A stretch of DNA of 64,000 nt. Source: Planctomycetaceae bacterium. GTDB lineage: Bacteria > Planctomycetota > Planctomycetia > Pirellulales > UBA1268. Each line of letters opens with the position of its first letter. The first letter of the stretch is position 1. The stretch lies in the NCBI GenBank assembly GCA_947449135.1, contig CANFQO010000001.1, forward strand, positions 84,946 to 148,945, given 5' to 3'. The notes under the pieces are model-generated. The model was given only the letters and a program-made list of their open reading frames with translations, had not been told where the DNA came from and ran no database searches. The position numbers and the translations under genes are program-made. Below are positions 48,174 to 59,041 of the stretch, piece after piece.

Positions 48174-49601
48174 ATGTCGCACATCACAACCCACTTGTCT
48201 TCCATCCGGCGCCGTGCGTTCATGCAGCACGTTGCCGCCGCCGGGGCCGTCTCCGCACTGACACCCCGGATGATGTTTTCCGCGTCACCGGAATCGTCAC
48301 CCAACGAGCGGGTCAATCTCGCCTGCTGCGGCATCGGTCACCGCGGTGCTGATGATGTCCGGTCACTGCATGCGACAGGGCTCGCGAACATCGTGGCAAT
48401 CTGCGACACCGACATGGGGGCGCCCCACACGCGGGAAATTCTGAAGCTCTTTCCAGACGTGCCACGATTCCAGGATTTCCGGCGGATGTTCGACACGTTG
48501 GGCCGCGAGATCGACGCGGTGAGCGTGGGGGTTCCCGATTTCTCGCACTTTCCGATTGCGATGCTGGCGATGTCGCAAGGCAAGCACGTCTATTGCGAGA
48601 AGCCGATGGGCCACAGCTTCCGTCAGATCGAACTGATGATGGCGGCGGAGAAGAAGTACAACGTCGCCACACAGATGGGAAATCAGGGCCACTCCGAGGC
48701 CAATTACTTTCAGTTCAAGGCCTGGGTCGACGCAGGCATCATCAAGAATGTCACGAAGATCACCGCCTCCATGAACAGCACCCGCCGCTGGCACGGCATG
48801 CAGGTCTCGGGCTATCTGCCACAACAGCCGATCCCCGAAACACTCGACTGGGACAGCTGGCTGTCGACGGCACAACCGCATGACTACAACCAGGGCTACG
48901 TCAACGGCGACTGGCGGTCGTGGTTTGATTTCGGCAACGGTGCCCTCGGCGACTGGGGCGCGCACATCATCGACACAGCCCACGAGTTTCTGAACCTGGG
49001 TCTGCCGACCGAGGTGAATGCGGTGAAGCTCGAGGGCCATAGCCCCTTCATCTTCCCGCAGGCGTCGACGCTGACCTTCCGGTTTCCGGCCCGTGGCACG
49101 CAGCCGCCGGTCGAACTGACCTGGTATGACGGGCAAACCAACCTGCCGCCGTTGCCCGACTCCATCGGCGAGGACGAAGAAAACACAGACCTGCCGCCAG
49201 ATGCCGACGGAAAGCGCCCTCGCAAGAAGCGCGGCCCCGGCAAGGTCATTTACGGTGAGGGCCTGACGTTCGCCGGCGGCTCCCATGGCCGGACGCTGCG
49301 CATCATCCCGGAGGAGAAGGCACGCGAGATGGCCTCCTCGCTCCCACCGGTGCCCGAAAGTCCTTCCAACCACTTCAAGAATTTCCTGCTCGCCTGCAGG
49401 GGGCAGGAGAGATGCCGTTCCTCCTTCGCGGTGGCGGGCCCGCTCTGCCAGGCGATGGCCCTGGGGGTGATTGCCCAACGGGTCAATGCGAAGCTCGCGT
49501 TTGACCCCGCCACCAAGCAGATCACCAACCACCAGGCCGCCAACGACCTGCTGACGGGCGTACCGCCGCGCAAGGGTTGGGAAGATTTCTACCGGATGTA
49601 G
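48174..49601 (+). CDS. Gfo/Idh/MocA family oxidoreductase with TAT signal (GH109-like)
   Basis: Twin-arginine leader SSIRRRAFMQHVAAAGAVSAL and Rossmann motif NLACCGIGHRGADD. The block DAVSVGVPDFSHFPIAMLAMSQGKHVYCEKP is typical of the family. Confidence 0.85.
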   Translation: MSHITTHLSSIRRRAFMQHVAAAGAVSALTPRMMFSASPESSPNERVNLACCGIGHRGADDVRSLHATGLANIVAICDTDMGAPHTREILKLFPDVPRFQDFRRMFDTLGREIDAVSVGVPDFSHFPIAMLAMSQGKHVYCEKPMGHSFRQIELMMAAEKKYNVATQMGNQGHSEANYFQFKAWVDAGIIKNVTKITASMNSTRRWHGMQVSGYLPQQPIPETLDWDSWLSTAQPHDYNQGYVNGDWRSWFDFGNGALGDWGAHIIDTAHEFLNLGLPTEVNAVKLEGHSPFIFPQASTLTFRFPARGTQPPVELTWYDGQTNLPPLPDSIGEDEENTDLPPDADGKRPRKKRGPGKVIYGEGLTFAGGSHGRTLRIIPEEKAREMASSLPPVPESPSNHFKNFLLACRGQERCRSSFAVAGPLCQAMALGVIAQRVNAKLAFDPATKQITNHQAANDLLTGVPPRKGWEDFYRM

Positions 49602-49658
49602 ACGGATGACCTGTGGCGGCTGTCCCAACACCGCCCCAGGATCAGGATCCGAGAATTC

Positions 49659-51344
49659 ATGACCACCTCCAGTTCCACTCGGCTGATCCACGTTTTTTCC
49701 TCGTTGATGGAGCGGCCATGGCTCGTGGCCAGCCTGCTGGGATTGCTGACGTTCGTCGTCTTTCTGCCGGCGGTAACCTGCGATTTCGTGAACTGGGACG
49801 ACAATGCCTACGTCTACCGCAACCCCTTGGTGCTGGAGGGCCTGACGGTACGGGGTGTGGCGGCGGCATTCACCCGCGTCATGTTCCACAGCTGGGCGCC
49901 GCTGACGATCCTCTCCTATCAGGCCGATGCGTCACTCTACGGGCCGCGACCTGAGGGATACCATCTCACCAACGTGCTCCTGCACGCCGTGGCCGTCGGC
50001 ATGATTGCGGTGGCGCTGGGACGGATGACCAGCGCCCCCGGCCGCAGTGCCGCCGCAGTGCTTCTGTTCGCCATCCATCCGCTGCGGATCGAATCGGTGG
50101 TCTGGGTGGCGGAACGCAAGGACGTGCTGAGCGTTTTCTGTCTGGCGGTCGCGCTGCTGGCCTACGAGTGGTATTGCCGGCGGCCGGGAGGCTGGCGGTT
50201 CGCGGCCGTGTGCGCCGCGATGCTGGCGAGCCTGCTCACCAAGGCGACGATTGTGACCCTTCCAGCTCTGTTGCTCCTGCTGGACGTGTGGCCGCTGGGC
50301 CGATTGCAGCTACCGGGCTGGTCGCGTGCGACGACCGCAGCGCCGGCCCGCTACGCCGCCTGTTCCTGGCAGTGGGTGGTCGCTGAAAAACTGCCGCTCT
50401 TGGCCCTGTCGGCGCTGTTCATTGGGATCACGCTGGTGACGCAGGGCCGGGACGCCCACTTCGCCAAGGCGCTGCCGCTGCTGACCCATCGGGTGCCCAA
50501 TGCCGTCCATGCCGTCGCCTGCTATCTGCTCGATACGGTCGTGCCAGTGGGCATGCACCCCGCCCACCTTCATCCCGGACAGGCGGGTTGGCCGCCGCTG
50601 TCAGTCGGTCTGAGCCTGCTGGCGCTTGGCGGCGTGGCTGCCTGTGCGTGGCTGGCGTCGCGCCGCGAGCCCGCGGTGACGTGTGGGCTGCTCTGGTTTC
50701 TGATCGCGCTGTCGCCAACGCTCGGGATCGTGGCGCACCCGGGGATCCTATCGAGGGCTGACCGATTCACCTACGTGCCCCATATCGGGCTGATGGTCGC
50801 GATTATCTGGGGGGCAGGGGCGGTCGTGGCCCGACTGCGGATGCCTGCGTGGGCACAGTCGCTCGTCCTGCTGGTGGCGGTGCTGGGGTGCGTGGCGGTC
50901 GATCGGCGGCAGATCGCCGTCTGGAAGGACTCGGAGACCCTCTGGAACCATGTGCTCTCGATCGATCCCGACAATCCCATCGCCTACAACAATCTCGGCA
51001 CCGCTTTCTACGAGCGGGGGCTCGTTCGGGAATCGATGCCCTACTTCGAACGCGCTCTGGCCATCCGCGACTCGGAGCGATCCCACGCCTGGCTGGGGCT
51101 GGCACTCGCCGATCAGGGTCGGCTGGATGAGGCGATCGTGCACTACCGTGCCGGCCTGGCCCTCGATCCGGAGTCGGTCGATACCCACAACAATCTGGGG
51201 GCTACGCTCGCGCAGCTCGGTCGACTCGAGGAGGCCCTCCAGCATTTTGAAGCCGCGTACCGACTGGATCCCCAGGACGTGTCGGCCCGCCGCAACCTCG
51301 CCCGCGCACGGGCCACGCTCGGACTCCCGCTCGACGGTCGTTGA
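49659..51344 (+). CDS. Polytopic membrane protein with C-terminal TPR repeats (TMTC / PMT_2-like)
   Basis: The N-terminal motif FVNWDDNAYVYRNPLV is followed by about 9 TM helices. The C-terminus has 4-5 TPR units (AYNNLGTAFYERG..., HNNLGATLAQLGRLEEAL...). Confidence 0.75.
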   Translation: MTTSSSTRLIHVFSSLMERPWLVASLLGLLTFVVFLPAVTCDFVNWDDNAYVYRNPLVLEGLTVRGVAAAFTRVMFHSWAPLTILSYQADASLYGPRPEGYHLTNVLLHAVAVGMIAVALGRMTSAPGRSAAAVLLFAIHPLRIESVVWVAERKDVLSVFCLAVALLAYEWYCRRPGGWRFAAVCAAMLASLLTKATIVTLPALLLLLDVWPLGRLQLPGWSRATTAAPARYAACSWQWVVAEKLPLLALSALFIGITLVTQGRDAHFAKALPLLTHRVPNAVHAVACYLLDTVVPVGMHPAHLHPGQAGWPPLSVGLSLLALGGVAACAWLASRREPAVTCGLLWFLIALSPTLGIVAHPGILSRADRFTYVPHIGLMVAIIWGAGAVVARLRMPAWAQSLVLLVAVLGCVAVDRRQIAVWKDSETLWNHVLSIDPDNPIAYNNLGTAFYERGLVRESMPYFERALAIRDSERSHAWLGLALADQGRLDEAIVHYRAGLALDPESVDTHNNLGATLAQLGRLEEALQHFEAAYRLDPQDVSARRNLARARATLGLPLDGR

Positions 51345-51441
51345 CTCGGGTAGGACCCGGTCACACGCTACACTCGTTGGCTGAACCCTTCGACACGAAC
51401 CACCGCCTCTTTCGAACCACCGCCTCTCCGGAGACAGGACT

Positions 51442-52656
51442 GTGCCGCACCTTCGATCTGCTCTACTCGCCGTCGCCGTCATGCTTTCAGTCGTTCACTC
51501 CGTAGGCCCCCAGCTCCTTGCGGATGAAGTGACCTCGTGGAAGAAGCACATCATCAACCATCGATCGCCATTCGAGGCGGTTGGCGTTGCCGACGTGAAC
51601 GGGGATGGCACGCCCGACGTGTTTTGCGGAGATTCCTGGTACGCCGGCCCCAACTGGACGCAGCACAAGGTTCGGAACGTGCCCCCGGGAACCAACCCGC
51701 AATACCACGAGGATTTCGCCGATGCGCCGCTCGACGTCAACGGCGACGGCAAGGTGGACATTGTCACCTGCGCGTACTTCAGCAAAACCGTCGCGTGGGT
51801 TGAGCAACCGGCGGACCCCACGACTCCATGGACCGAACACACGATCGACCTGCCCGGCTCCATGGAGACGGGCTATCTCCTCGATCTCTATGGCGACAAG
51901 ACGCCGGTCTTTCTTCCCAACGTGGGCGACAAGGTTGTCTTCTATGAACTCGTGTCGAAAACCCCGACCGTGGCATGGACAAAGCGATCACTCGGCACCC
52001 AGGGCGCCGGCCACGGAATCGGCCATGGCGACATCAACCACGATGGAAGGATCGACCTGATTACTCCCTCGGGATGGTACGAGCAGCCGGCCGATCGCAC
52101 TGGCGATTGGACATTCCACCCGGAGTTTCAACTCGGAACCGCCAGCATCGAAATCATCGGCCATGACTTCGACGCGGATGGCGATACAGACATCGTCTGG
52201 GGAATGGGGCATGAATTCGGGCTGTACTGGCTGAAGCAGGGCGACGCAGAGGGAAAGCGCACCTGGACGAAGGAGGACATCGACACGAGCTTTTCACAGG
52301 TCCATGTCCTGTCTCTCGCGGACTTCGATCGGGACGGCGAGATGGAGTTCGTCACGGGCAAAAGGATCTACGCGCATGCCAGCGAGCCCGGCGCCACCGC
52401 GGAACCCTGCCTGTATCTCTACAAATACAACCGCGCGACCTCGACTTGGTCGAAGAGCACGGTCTATCAGGGCGAGCCGGCGCCCGGAGCGCCGCTCAAC
52501 CCGGAGCAACGAGATGCGCTGAAGGATTTTCGGCCCGGATCTGCTGGCACCGGATTGCAGATGGCAATCCACGACATGGATGCCGATGGCGACCTCGACA
52601 TCGTCGCCCCTGGAAAGTCAGGGCTCTACTGGTTTGAGAACCCGGCAACGCCGTGA
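51442..52656 (+). CDS. FG-GAP/VCBS repeat secreted protein
   Basis: GTG start and a signal peptide. Repeated Ca-binding-like loops (DVNGDGTPDV, DVNGDGKVDI, DINHDGRIDL, DFDADGDTDI, DFDRDGEMEF, DMDADGDLDI) are spaced as in a 7-blade FG-GAP propeller. Confidence 0.8.
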   Translation: MPHLRSALLAVAVMLSVVHSVGPQLLADEVTSWKKHIINHRSPFEAVGVADVNGDGTPDVFCGDSWYAGPNWTQHKVRNVPPGTNPQYHEDFADAPLDVNGDGKVDIVTCAYFSKTVAWVEQPADPTTPWTEHTIDLPGSMETGYLLDLYGDKTPVFLPNVGDKVVFYELVSKTPTVAWTKRSLGTQGAGHGIGHGDINHDGRIDLITPSGWYEQPADRTGDWTFHPEFQLGTASIEIIGHDFDADGDTDIVWGMGHEFGLYWLKQGDAEGKRTWTKEDIDTSFSQVHVLSLADFDRDGEMEFVTGKRIYAHASEPGATAEPCLYLYKYNRATSTWSKSTVYQGEPAPGAPLNPEQRDALKDFRPGSAGTGLQMAIHDMDADGDLDIVAPGKSGLYWFENPATP

Positions 52657-52676
52657 CAGACGTCGGTCAGCACAAG

Positions 52677-52783
52677 CCGCCGGATGCGGTGACACGACTG
52701 CGTCCGCCGGCCCGGCGACGGAGCGGCTCCGACTCGAGGGCAGGATAGCCCGACTCGCTCCGGCTTCCACTGCCCCCGGCTCC
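52677..52783. repeat. GC-rich intergenic repeat, copy 4 (long variant)
   Basis: 52696-52783 aligns with 19289-19377 at 81 of 89 positions (hand count). It lies between two convergent gene ends (52656 and 52828). Confidence 0.8.
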
Positions 52784-52827
52784 GTTTTCACGCGAACCAC
52801 CGGCATCGTGCCGGTAGTTCGTATGGA

Positions 52828-55800
52828 TCAGGGGCTGGCGGTGGCTGCCTGTTGCCGAGCCAAGAACTCGAGCAGGTCGGCAGCCTCCTGCCGGGTCATG
52901 TCACGCAGTAACTGCTCCGGCATCAGCGACTGCGGCTGCTGCTGCAACTGCTGAATGTCGGCAGAGGCCACCGTATGAAGACGGTTCTGGGCATCGCGAA
53001 GCGTCACCCGCTCCGCTGTTTTCTCGACCAGCAGGCCCGAGTGCACGTCACCATCCTCTGTTACCAACGTCCAGGTGACATACTTAGGATCGATCGTCTT
53101 GGAGGGATACAGCAGGCTTTCGAGCAGTTGCGGCTTTGTGAGCTTGCGACCAACGCCATCGAGCGCAGGCCCCACCTCGGGTCCCTCGCTACCAATTTTG
53201 TGGCAACTGCGGCACGTCACCCCCACGCCGGTGTGAAAGATCGCCGCGCCGCGAGCGGCATCGCCGGTCACCGCCAACAGTTTCGCAGCATCGATGTCGG
53301 TGCCGAGGCGTTCGGCTCGCTGCTCTTCCGGTACAAATCGCTCGAAGAGATCGCGGACCAGCGGGTCGCCGTGCGCCGCACCGGCCGTCACGATCCGGCG
53401 GCGGGTTGTCAGATCGAGAGGCTTGGTCTCGAGCGCCCGCACCAGTGCCACCGCACCGGCCGTTGATTCGAGGGATTTCCCGATGCCAGCGGCGGAAAGA
53501 TCGTCAGCCGTCACAGGGGCAGAGTCGGCTGCTGCTGCGGGAGGGGCCGGAGCATCCGCTGCGGGAGCGTCCGAGAGGCCGGCGATCCAGTCGCCCACCA
53601 TCTTCAGGCCGACGGGGTCGACCACATCAGATCCGAAATGGGGCATCCGCCCACGGCCGAGCTTGGCTATCCGGTAATAGAGCACGGAGCGGGCTGGGTC
53701 ACCCGCCCGCACCACTTCCGCTCCCTCGATGCCAAAGTTTCCGTGCTTGGGAATCGAGCCGACGAGTTTGGTCTTGTCCAGCGGCATGTCGAAGCGGGTT
53801 TCAAAGTCGCTCGAACCGCCGCCACCGCGGAGATGGCAATGGTAGCAGTTCATGTGGAGGTAGGACCGCACCCGCTGCGTCAGCTCCACCGACTCATCAT
53901 ACGGATTGGGATAGGGCGCGGCAGACTGGTCGACCGGACCGGCAAACAGCCCGAGGCCCGCATAGGTGGCCAGCTGGTTTGCCAATCGACCGGCGGGAGC
54001 AGTAGACGCCTTGTCACCGACAGAACCGGTGTAGCTGGCGGCCGAAGCGAAGTCGAAATCACGGTTGAGCTGTCCGGGAATGAAACCGTAAATCGAACCG
54101 CCACGGGTGGAATGGCAGAGCAGGCATTCGGTGCGACTGGCCACCCGGTAGGTCTGCCGGTGACTGCCACCATTGGACGTGGGATCGAATTTTCCGGCAT
54201 CGAGTTTGTCGGAATTCTGGATGGAGAGTGCGACCGTCGTGCCCTCCGCCGGAGCGAGTTCGGCGTCGGTCTGCGCGTCGTTCCACACATAGGAATAGGC
54301 TGCCCAGTCGGTGCCATTGAAGTGAAAGATCTGTGTTTCGATGCGGCGCCAGCTGGAGGGATCGCCCGGCCGCGTCTCGATGCCAACAGTCTTCGCGAGC
54401 ACGCCGTCGACTGGAAACTGGAACTTGCCCCGGATCGTGCCCTGCTGGGGATTGTTGCCGCCATAGACCGACAGCTTGGTGTCATTGGGCAGGCCGAAGA
54501 AGCGTCGCGACGTGGTGCCGTCGGCCCACGCCTCGGCGCTGACCTCATAGGGAAGGACGCCTGGCGCGGTGGTGTGCTTCGCGGTGTCGGCAAACAGGCC
54601 GGTCTCGCTCAGCTTCCGGGGGAATTTCTGATTCGCGCTCGCCGGTGGCTGACGCTCGAGTTTGCTCAGCGTGCCGCTGGAGTAATCGACGATCAGGATC
54701 TCGCCTTGGCTGTCGACCCCGAAGCTGACAATCCCCAGCGGCGTGTCGGCCAACTCGATGAGCTTGCCGACCCGATCGCCATCTTTCCACATCGCCCACA
54801 TCCTGCCGGTGACAAAGTCACCGTAGACGTAGGCGCCCTTCAATTCCGGCAGGCGACTGCCGGTGTAGATGTAGCCGCCGGTAATCGATCGGGCCTCATT
54901 GTGGGCGTGCTCATAGAAAGGCTTTTCGATCGGCTGGGGACCGCGCGGCCGCTCACTGGCCACCGGCTGCGACCCCTCCGTGATGCTCCAGCCATAGTTG
55001 CCGCCGCGCTTGAGGTGGTAGATCATCTCCCACACCTCCCAGCCGACGTCCGCCACCCAGAGGGTGCCGTCGGCATCGAAGCACATCCGCCAGGGATTGC
55101 GCAGCCCATAGGCCCATATTTCGCCCCGTGCTCCGGGCACATCGACGAATGGATTGTCGGCGGGGATGGAGTAGAGCTTCGGCGGCTTGCCCGGTTCGGC
55201 CGATTCCTTCTCGGGATGATCGACGTCGATCCGCATGATCGAGGCGCACAGATCGTCGATCCGCTGTCCGGTGTTGTTGCCGTCGGGAGGGAAGTTTTCG
55301 CCGCTGTCGCCGGCGGAGAAGTAGAGCATGCCGTCAGGGCCGAACTGCAGCGAACACCCGTTGTGGCCGCCGGAGATCCAGGTGATCACGATCTCCTCGC
55401 TCGCCGGATCGATCACCGGCGGATTGGTCTCGCTCACCTTGAACCGGGAAATACGCGTGCCATCAGGCAGCTTCGGCTGGAGGGCATAGACGATGTAGCA
55501 GTAGCGGTTCTTCGCAAACTGCGGATGAAACGTCATGCTGAAGATGTGGTCGAGGCCGGGAGCCGAAGCGGCCAGGTCGATCACAAGGTCGGGACTCTCG
55601 GCATCCGGTCGATTGGGGAACGAATAGACCTTTCCCTTCTCCTCCGTCACCATCAGCCGGTCGCTGCCGGGCACCTGCACCACTTCGGTGGGATTGTTGA
55701 ACCGGATCTTCGGGAAAGCATTCTGGGCCCGATAGGGCAGCGGCGGCTCGGGCGAACCGGTAATCCCGGGGGTGGTCCAGGGAACGCGTTTGGTCAGACC

Positions 55801-55908
55801 AATGACGGCCTCTGCCTTCTGGTCCTCCGCACGTGCGGCCGTCATGCCTTGGCTGGCGATCACCTGGGCGGCAAGAAACAGGATCAACAGGCAGCGACTC
55901 ATTGTCAT
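52828..55908 (-). CDS. PQQ-type glucose/sorbosone-dehydrogenase-like beta-propeller fused to three c-type heme domains
   Basis: The N-terminal SGDH-like blocks are FHPQFAKNRYCYIVY, GGHNGCSLQFGPDGMLYFSAGD, EIWAYGLRNPWRMCFD and GGNYGW. The three CxxCH motifs are CLLCHS, CYHCHL and CRSCHKIGSEGPEVGPALDG. A signal peptide starts at ATG 55908. Confidence 0.8.
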   Translation of the reverse strand: MTMSRCLLILFLAAQVIASQGMTAARAEDQKAEAVIGLTKRVPWTTPGITGSPEPPLPYRAQNAFPKIRFNNPTEVVQVPGSDRLMVTEEKGKVYSFPNRPDAESPDLVIDLAASAPGLDHIFSMTFHPQFAKNRYCYIVYALQPKLPDGTRISRFKVSETNPPVIDPASEEIVITWISGGHNGCSLQFGPDGMLYFSAGDSGENFPPDGNNTGQRIDDLCASIMRIDVDHPEKESAEPGKPPKLYSIPADNPFVDVPGARGEIWAYGLRNPWRMCFDADGTLWVADVGWEVWEMIYHLKRGGNYGWSITEGSQPVASERPRGPQPIEKPFYEHAHNEARSITGGYIYTGSRLPELKGAYVYGDFVTGRMWAMWKDGDRVGKLIELADTPLGIVSFGVDSQGEILIVDYSSGTLSKLERQPPASANQKFPRKLSETGLFADTAKHTTAPGVLPYEVSAEAWADGTTSRRFFGLPNDTKLSVYGGNNPQQGTIRGKFQFPVDGVLAKTVGIETRPGDPSSWRRIETQIFHFNGTDWAAYSYVWNDAQTDAELAPAEGTTVALSIQNSDKLDAGKFDPTSNGGSHRQTYRVASRTECLLCHSTRGGSIYGFIPGQLNRDFDFASAASYTGSVGDKASTAPAGRLANQLATYAGLGLFAGPVDQSAAPYPNPYDESVELTQRVRSYLHMNCYHCHLRGGGGSSDFETRFDMPLDKTKLVGSIPKHGNFGIEGAEVVRAGDPARSVLYYRIAKLGRGRMPHFGSDVVDPVGLKMVGDWIAGLSDAPAADAPAPPAAAADSAPVTADDLSAAGIGKSLESTAGAVALVRALETKPLDLTTRRRIVTAGAAHGDPLVRDLFERFVPEEQRAERLGTDIDAAKLLAVTGDAARGAAIFHTGVGVTCRSCHKIGSEGPEVGPALDGVGRKLTKPQLLESLLYPSKTIDPKYVTWTLVTEDGDVHSGLLVEKTAERVTLRDAQNRLHTVASADIQQLQQQPQSLMPEQLLRDMTRQEAADLLEFLARQQAATASP

Positions 55909-56122
55909 GGCATCCCCACACCAGAAAGAAAGACCCAATCAAAAGACCCTGATCGGCCGACCAAAGCCGCCACGCTACCTCACGCGGCGGGAATGGGCAG
56001 CTTTGGTTGCGGCGGCACACCGGCCGCTCGTCACCCCAGTCGCCCAGATTCTAGCCGGCTTTGCTAGATTGTGTACCCGTCGGCGGCCATGACGGCCGCC
56101 CACCCCCATCCGCGGTGATTCC

Positions 56123-57616
56123 TTGAATACTCTCCAGCCCTGTCCGCTGTTCATCAACGGCGAGTGGGTCACTGTCAAAAGCGGTGCCACCACCCCGGTG
56201 CACAACCCCTCAGACGGCGCCGTGATCGCCGAAACGCCGCTCTGCGAGGCAGACGTGATCGATCAGGCGGTGGCGGCGGCAGCAGCCGCGTTTCCCCGTT
56301 GGAGCGAGACGCCGCCGGTGGATCGAGCCCGGCTGCTGTTCAGGCTGAAGAACATGCTTGAGGACCACTTCGAGGAACTCGCCCAGGGGGTGACGCAAGA
56401 GCATGGCAAAACCCTCACCGAGGCCCGTGGAGACGTGCGGCGCGGACTGGAAAACATCGAGTTTGCCTGCGGCATTCCCAGTCTGCTGATGGGGCAGTCG
56501 CTGGAAAACGTGGCCCGCGGGATCGACTGCGATTCGATCCGTCAGCCACTGGGCGTGGTGGCGGGCATTGCCCCCTTCAATTTCCCAGCCATGGTGCCGC
56601 TCTGGATGTGGCCGCTCGCGATCGCCTGCGGCAACACGTTCGTGCTCAAGCCGAGCGAGAAGGTGCCGCTGTCCACGATCCGCATCACCGAATTTGCCAG
56701 GCAGGCGGGGCTACCGCCCGGGGTGCTCAATGTCGTCCATGGCGGCCGCGAGGCGGTCGATGCGATTCTCAAGCATCCGACTGTAAAAGCGATCTCATTC
56801 GTGGGGTCGACGAAGATCGCGCAGTACATACAGTCAACCGGCATCGCCCACGGCAAGCGGGTGCAGGCCGCAGGGGGCGCCAAGAACAGCGTCGTCGTGA
56901 TGCCCGATGCCGACGTGGGGCCCACCGCCACGGGGATCCTCGAGGCGGCCTTCGGCTGCGCCGGCGAACGCTGCATGGCAGGCTCGACGGCCATCGTGGT
57001 CGGAAAGGCAGCGGAGACGGTGCTGCCGCAGCTCGTCGATGCCGTCTCCAAGCTCCGGGTCGGCCCCACCGACCGCGATCCCAGGGCACAGATGGGCGCA
57101 GTGATCACCCGGCAGCATGCCGACCGCGTCTGTCAGCTCATCACTCAGGCTGCAGGGCAGGGGGCCAAGCCGCTCACCGACGGTCGAGATCTGAACGTCG
57201 TTGGGGTACCGAACGGCTTCTATGTCGGGCCCACGATCCTCGACCGGGTGGAACCGGGAATGGTAACGATGCAGGAGGAGGTGTTTGGACCAGTGCTCAA
57301 TGTGGCGCGGGTGGAGAGCCTCGACGCCGCGATCGAACTGGCCAATGCCTCGCCCTACGGCAACGGCGCCGCGATCTTCACCCGCAGCGGCCAAGCTGCC
57401 CGGGAATTCCGCCACCGCTCCGCTGCCGGCATGGTGGGAATCAACATCGGCGTGCCGGCGCCGCTGGCTTTCTTCCCGTTCAGCGGCCGGCATGCCTCGT
57501 TTTTTGGTGACCTCCACCTGCAGGGCCGCGACGGCGTGGCCTTCTTCACCCAGCAGAAGGTGACGACCACTCGCTGGTTCGGCGCAGGGGAAGGCAGCAT
57601 CTGGTCCGACAAGTAA
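56123..57616 (+). CDS. mmsA: CoA-acylating methylmalonate-semialdehyde dehydrogenase
   Basis: Aldehyde-dehydrogenase blocks are [27 protein letters not shown] and GERCMA (catalytic Cys). The MMSDH-type C-terminus is [35 protein letters not shown]. The apparent start is TTG 56123. Confidence 0.88.
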   Translation: MNTLQPCPLFINGEWVTVKSGATTPVHNPSDGAVIAETPLCEADVIDQAVAAAAAAFPRWSETPPVDRARLLFRLKNMLEDHFEELAQGVTQEHGKTLTEARGDVRRGLENIEFACGIPSLLMGQSLENVARGIDCDSIRQPLGVVAGIAPFNFPAMVPLWMWPLAIACGNTFVLKPSEKVPLSTIRITEFARQAGLPPGVLNVVHGGREAVDAILKHPTVKAISFVGSTKIAQYIQSTGIAHGKRVQAAGGAKNSVVVMPDADVGPTATGILEAAFGCAGERCMAGSTAIVVGKAAETVLPQLVDAVSKLRVGPTDRDPRAQMGAVITRQHADRVCQLITQAAGQGAKPLTDGRDLNVVGVPNGFYVGPTILDRVEPGMVTMQEEVFGPVLNVARVESLDAAIELANASPYGNGAAIFTRSGQAAREFRHRSAAGMVGINIGVPAPLAFFPFSGRHASFFGDLHLQGRDGVAFFTQQKVTTTRWFGAGEGSIWSDK

Positions 57617-57648
57617 TCACCGGCACACTCTCAGCAGGAGCCCGCCCG

Positions 57649-59004
57649 ATGGCCACCATGCCCCAGACATCACCCCAGCTTCCGCCCACCAGCCACCGGC
57701 CGCGCCGGTATGAAGGGCCGTCGAAACAGGAAGTGGCCGACCTGCGGCGCGAGTTTCTCAATCCCGCGATCTTCACCTACTACAAGACGCCCCTCATGAT
57801 CGTGGAGGGGCACATGCAGTATCTCTATGACGAGACCGGCCGGCGGTACCTCGACGGGTTTGGCGGCATCGTCACCGTGAGTGTCGGCCACTGCCACCCC
57901 AAGGTGATCGCCGCGGTACAGCGTCAGAACGAAACGCTCCAGCACACGACGACGATCTACCTCAATCCAGCCATCGCCCAATATGCCCGCGACCTCGCCG
58001 CCCGAATGCCTGGTGAACTGAAGGTCTGCTACTTCGTCAACTCGGGCTCCGAGGCCAACGATCTGGCGATCCTGATGGCCCGGGCTGCCACCGGCAACTT
58101 CGACGTCATCGCGCTACGAAACGGCTACCACGGTGGCAGCATGCAGACGATGGGGCTGACCAGCCACCACACCTGGAAGTTCAATGTGCCGCACAGCTTC
58201 GGCGTGCACCACGCTCTCTGCCCCGACCGCTACCGCGGCGTGCACGGCTACGGCGACCAGCAGGCCGGCCTCAAATATGCGTCCGACGTGCAGAACCTGA
58301 TCGAGTATGGGACGCCGGGCAAGATCGCCGCCTTCATCGCTGAGTCGATCCAGGGCGTGGGGGGCGTGGTGGTCTATCCCGATGGATACCTCAAGCAGGC
58401 GTACGAGTATGCGCGGGCGGCCGGCGGCCTGTGCATCGCCGATGAGGTGCAGACCGGCTTCACTCGCACGGGCTCACACACCTGGGGCTTCCAGACGCAG
58501 GGCGTCATTCCCGACATCGTCACGATGGCCAAGGGGATCGGCAACGGCGCAGCACTCGCGGCAGTTGTCACCACGCCGCGGATCGCGCAGGCGCTCGCCT
58601 CGCGGATCCACTTCAACACGTTTGGCGGTAATCCCGTGGCGTGCACTCAGGGCAGGGCGGTGCTCGAGGTGATCGACGAGGAGGGCATCCAGGCCAACGC
58701 CGCCCGCATCGGCGGTCGCCTGCGAGCGGGCTTGGAAAGCCTCGCTGCCAAACACGACATCATCGGCGACATCCGCGGCATGGGGCTGATGCTCGGCGTC
58801 GAACTGGTACGCGACCGGTCGACGAAGGAGCCGGCCAAGGCGGAATGCCTGCAGGTGTTTGAAACCTGCAAGGACCTGGGCCTTCTGATCGGCAAGGGTG
58901 GCCTGCATGGCAACACGCTGCGGATCAAGCCGCCGATGTGCCTGCACGAAGCCGACGCCGACTTCATGCTCGAGGTGCTCGACGAGGCCCTGCGGCGTTG
59001 TTAG
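57649..59004 (+). CDS. Class-III aminotransferase (AGXT2 / beta-alanine- or beta-aminoisobutyrate-pyruvate transaminase-like)
   Basis: The blocks [46 protein letters not shown] and [12 protein letters not shown] (PLP Lys) match the family. The gene lies immediately downstream of mmsA. Confidence 0.85.
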   Translation: MATMPQTSPQLPPTSHRPRRYEGPSKQEVADLRREFLNPAIFTYYKTPLMIVEGHMQYLYDETGRRYLDGFGGIVTVSVGHCHPKVIAAVQRQNETLQHTTTIYLNPAIAQYARDLAARMPGELKVCYFVNSGSEANDLAILMARAATGNFDVIALRNGYHGGSMQTMGLTSHHTWKFNVPHSFGVHHALCPDRYRGVHGYGDQQAGLKYASDVQNLIEYGTPGKIAAFIAESIQGVGGVVVYPDGYLKQAYEYARAAGGLCIADEVQTGFTRTGSHTWGFQTQGVIPDIVTMAKGIGNGAALAAVVTTPRIAQALASRIHFNTFGGNPVACTQGRAVLEVIDEEGIQANAARIGGRLRAGLESLAAKHDIIGDIRGMGLMLGVELVRDRSTKEPAKAECLQVFETCKDLGLLIGKGGLHGNTLRIKPPMCLHEADADFMLEVLDEALRRC

Positions 59005-59041
59005 AAGGGCCGTCATCCGTCCGCGGAACACAGGAGCCGAC

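Noticed and set aside
48363-49889. 508-aa minus-strand ORF spanning the Gfo/Idh/MocA gene and the start of the TPR membrane protein gene
   Set aside because: It is antisense to two genes with clear family motifs and has an R/G/H-rich nonsense-like translation, so I treat it as a GC-driven shadow ORF.
53638-56067. 809-aa ORF on the plus strand, the longest unexplained ORF in the track
   Set aside because: It lies entirely antisense to the well-supported dehydrogenase/heme gene 52828-55908. Its translation is R/G/A/P-rich with no recognisable motifs. This is a typical shadow ORF of a high-GC gene.
56070-56100. Hairpin GGCGGCC-ATGAC-GGCCGCC and the nearby CTAGC-N7-GCTAG palindrome upstream of mmsA, as possible operator sites
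   Set aside because: These are short, and GC-rich palindromes are expected by chance in this composition. There is no adjacent regulator gene to support the idea.
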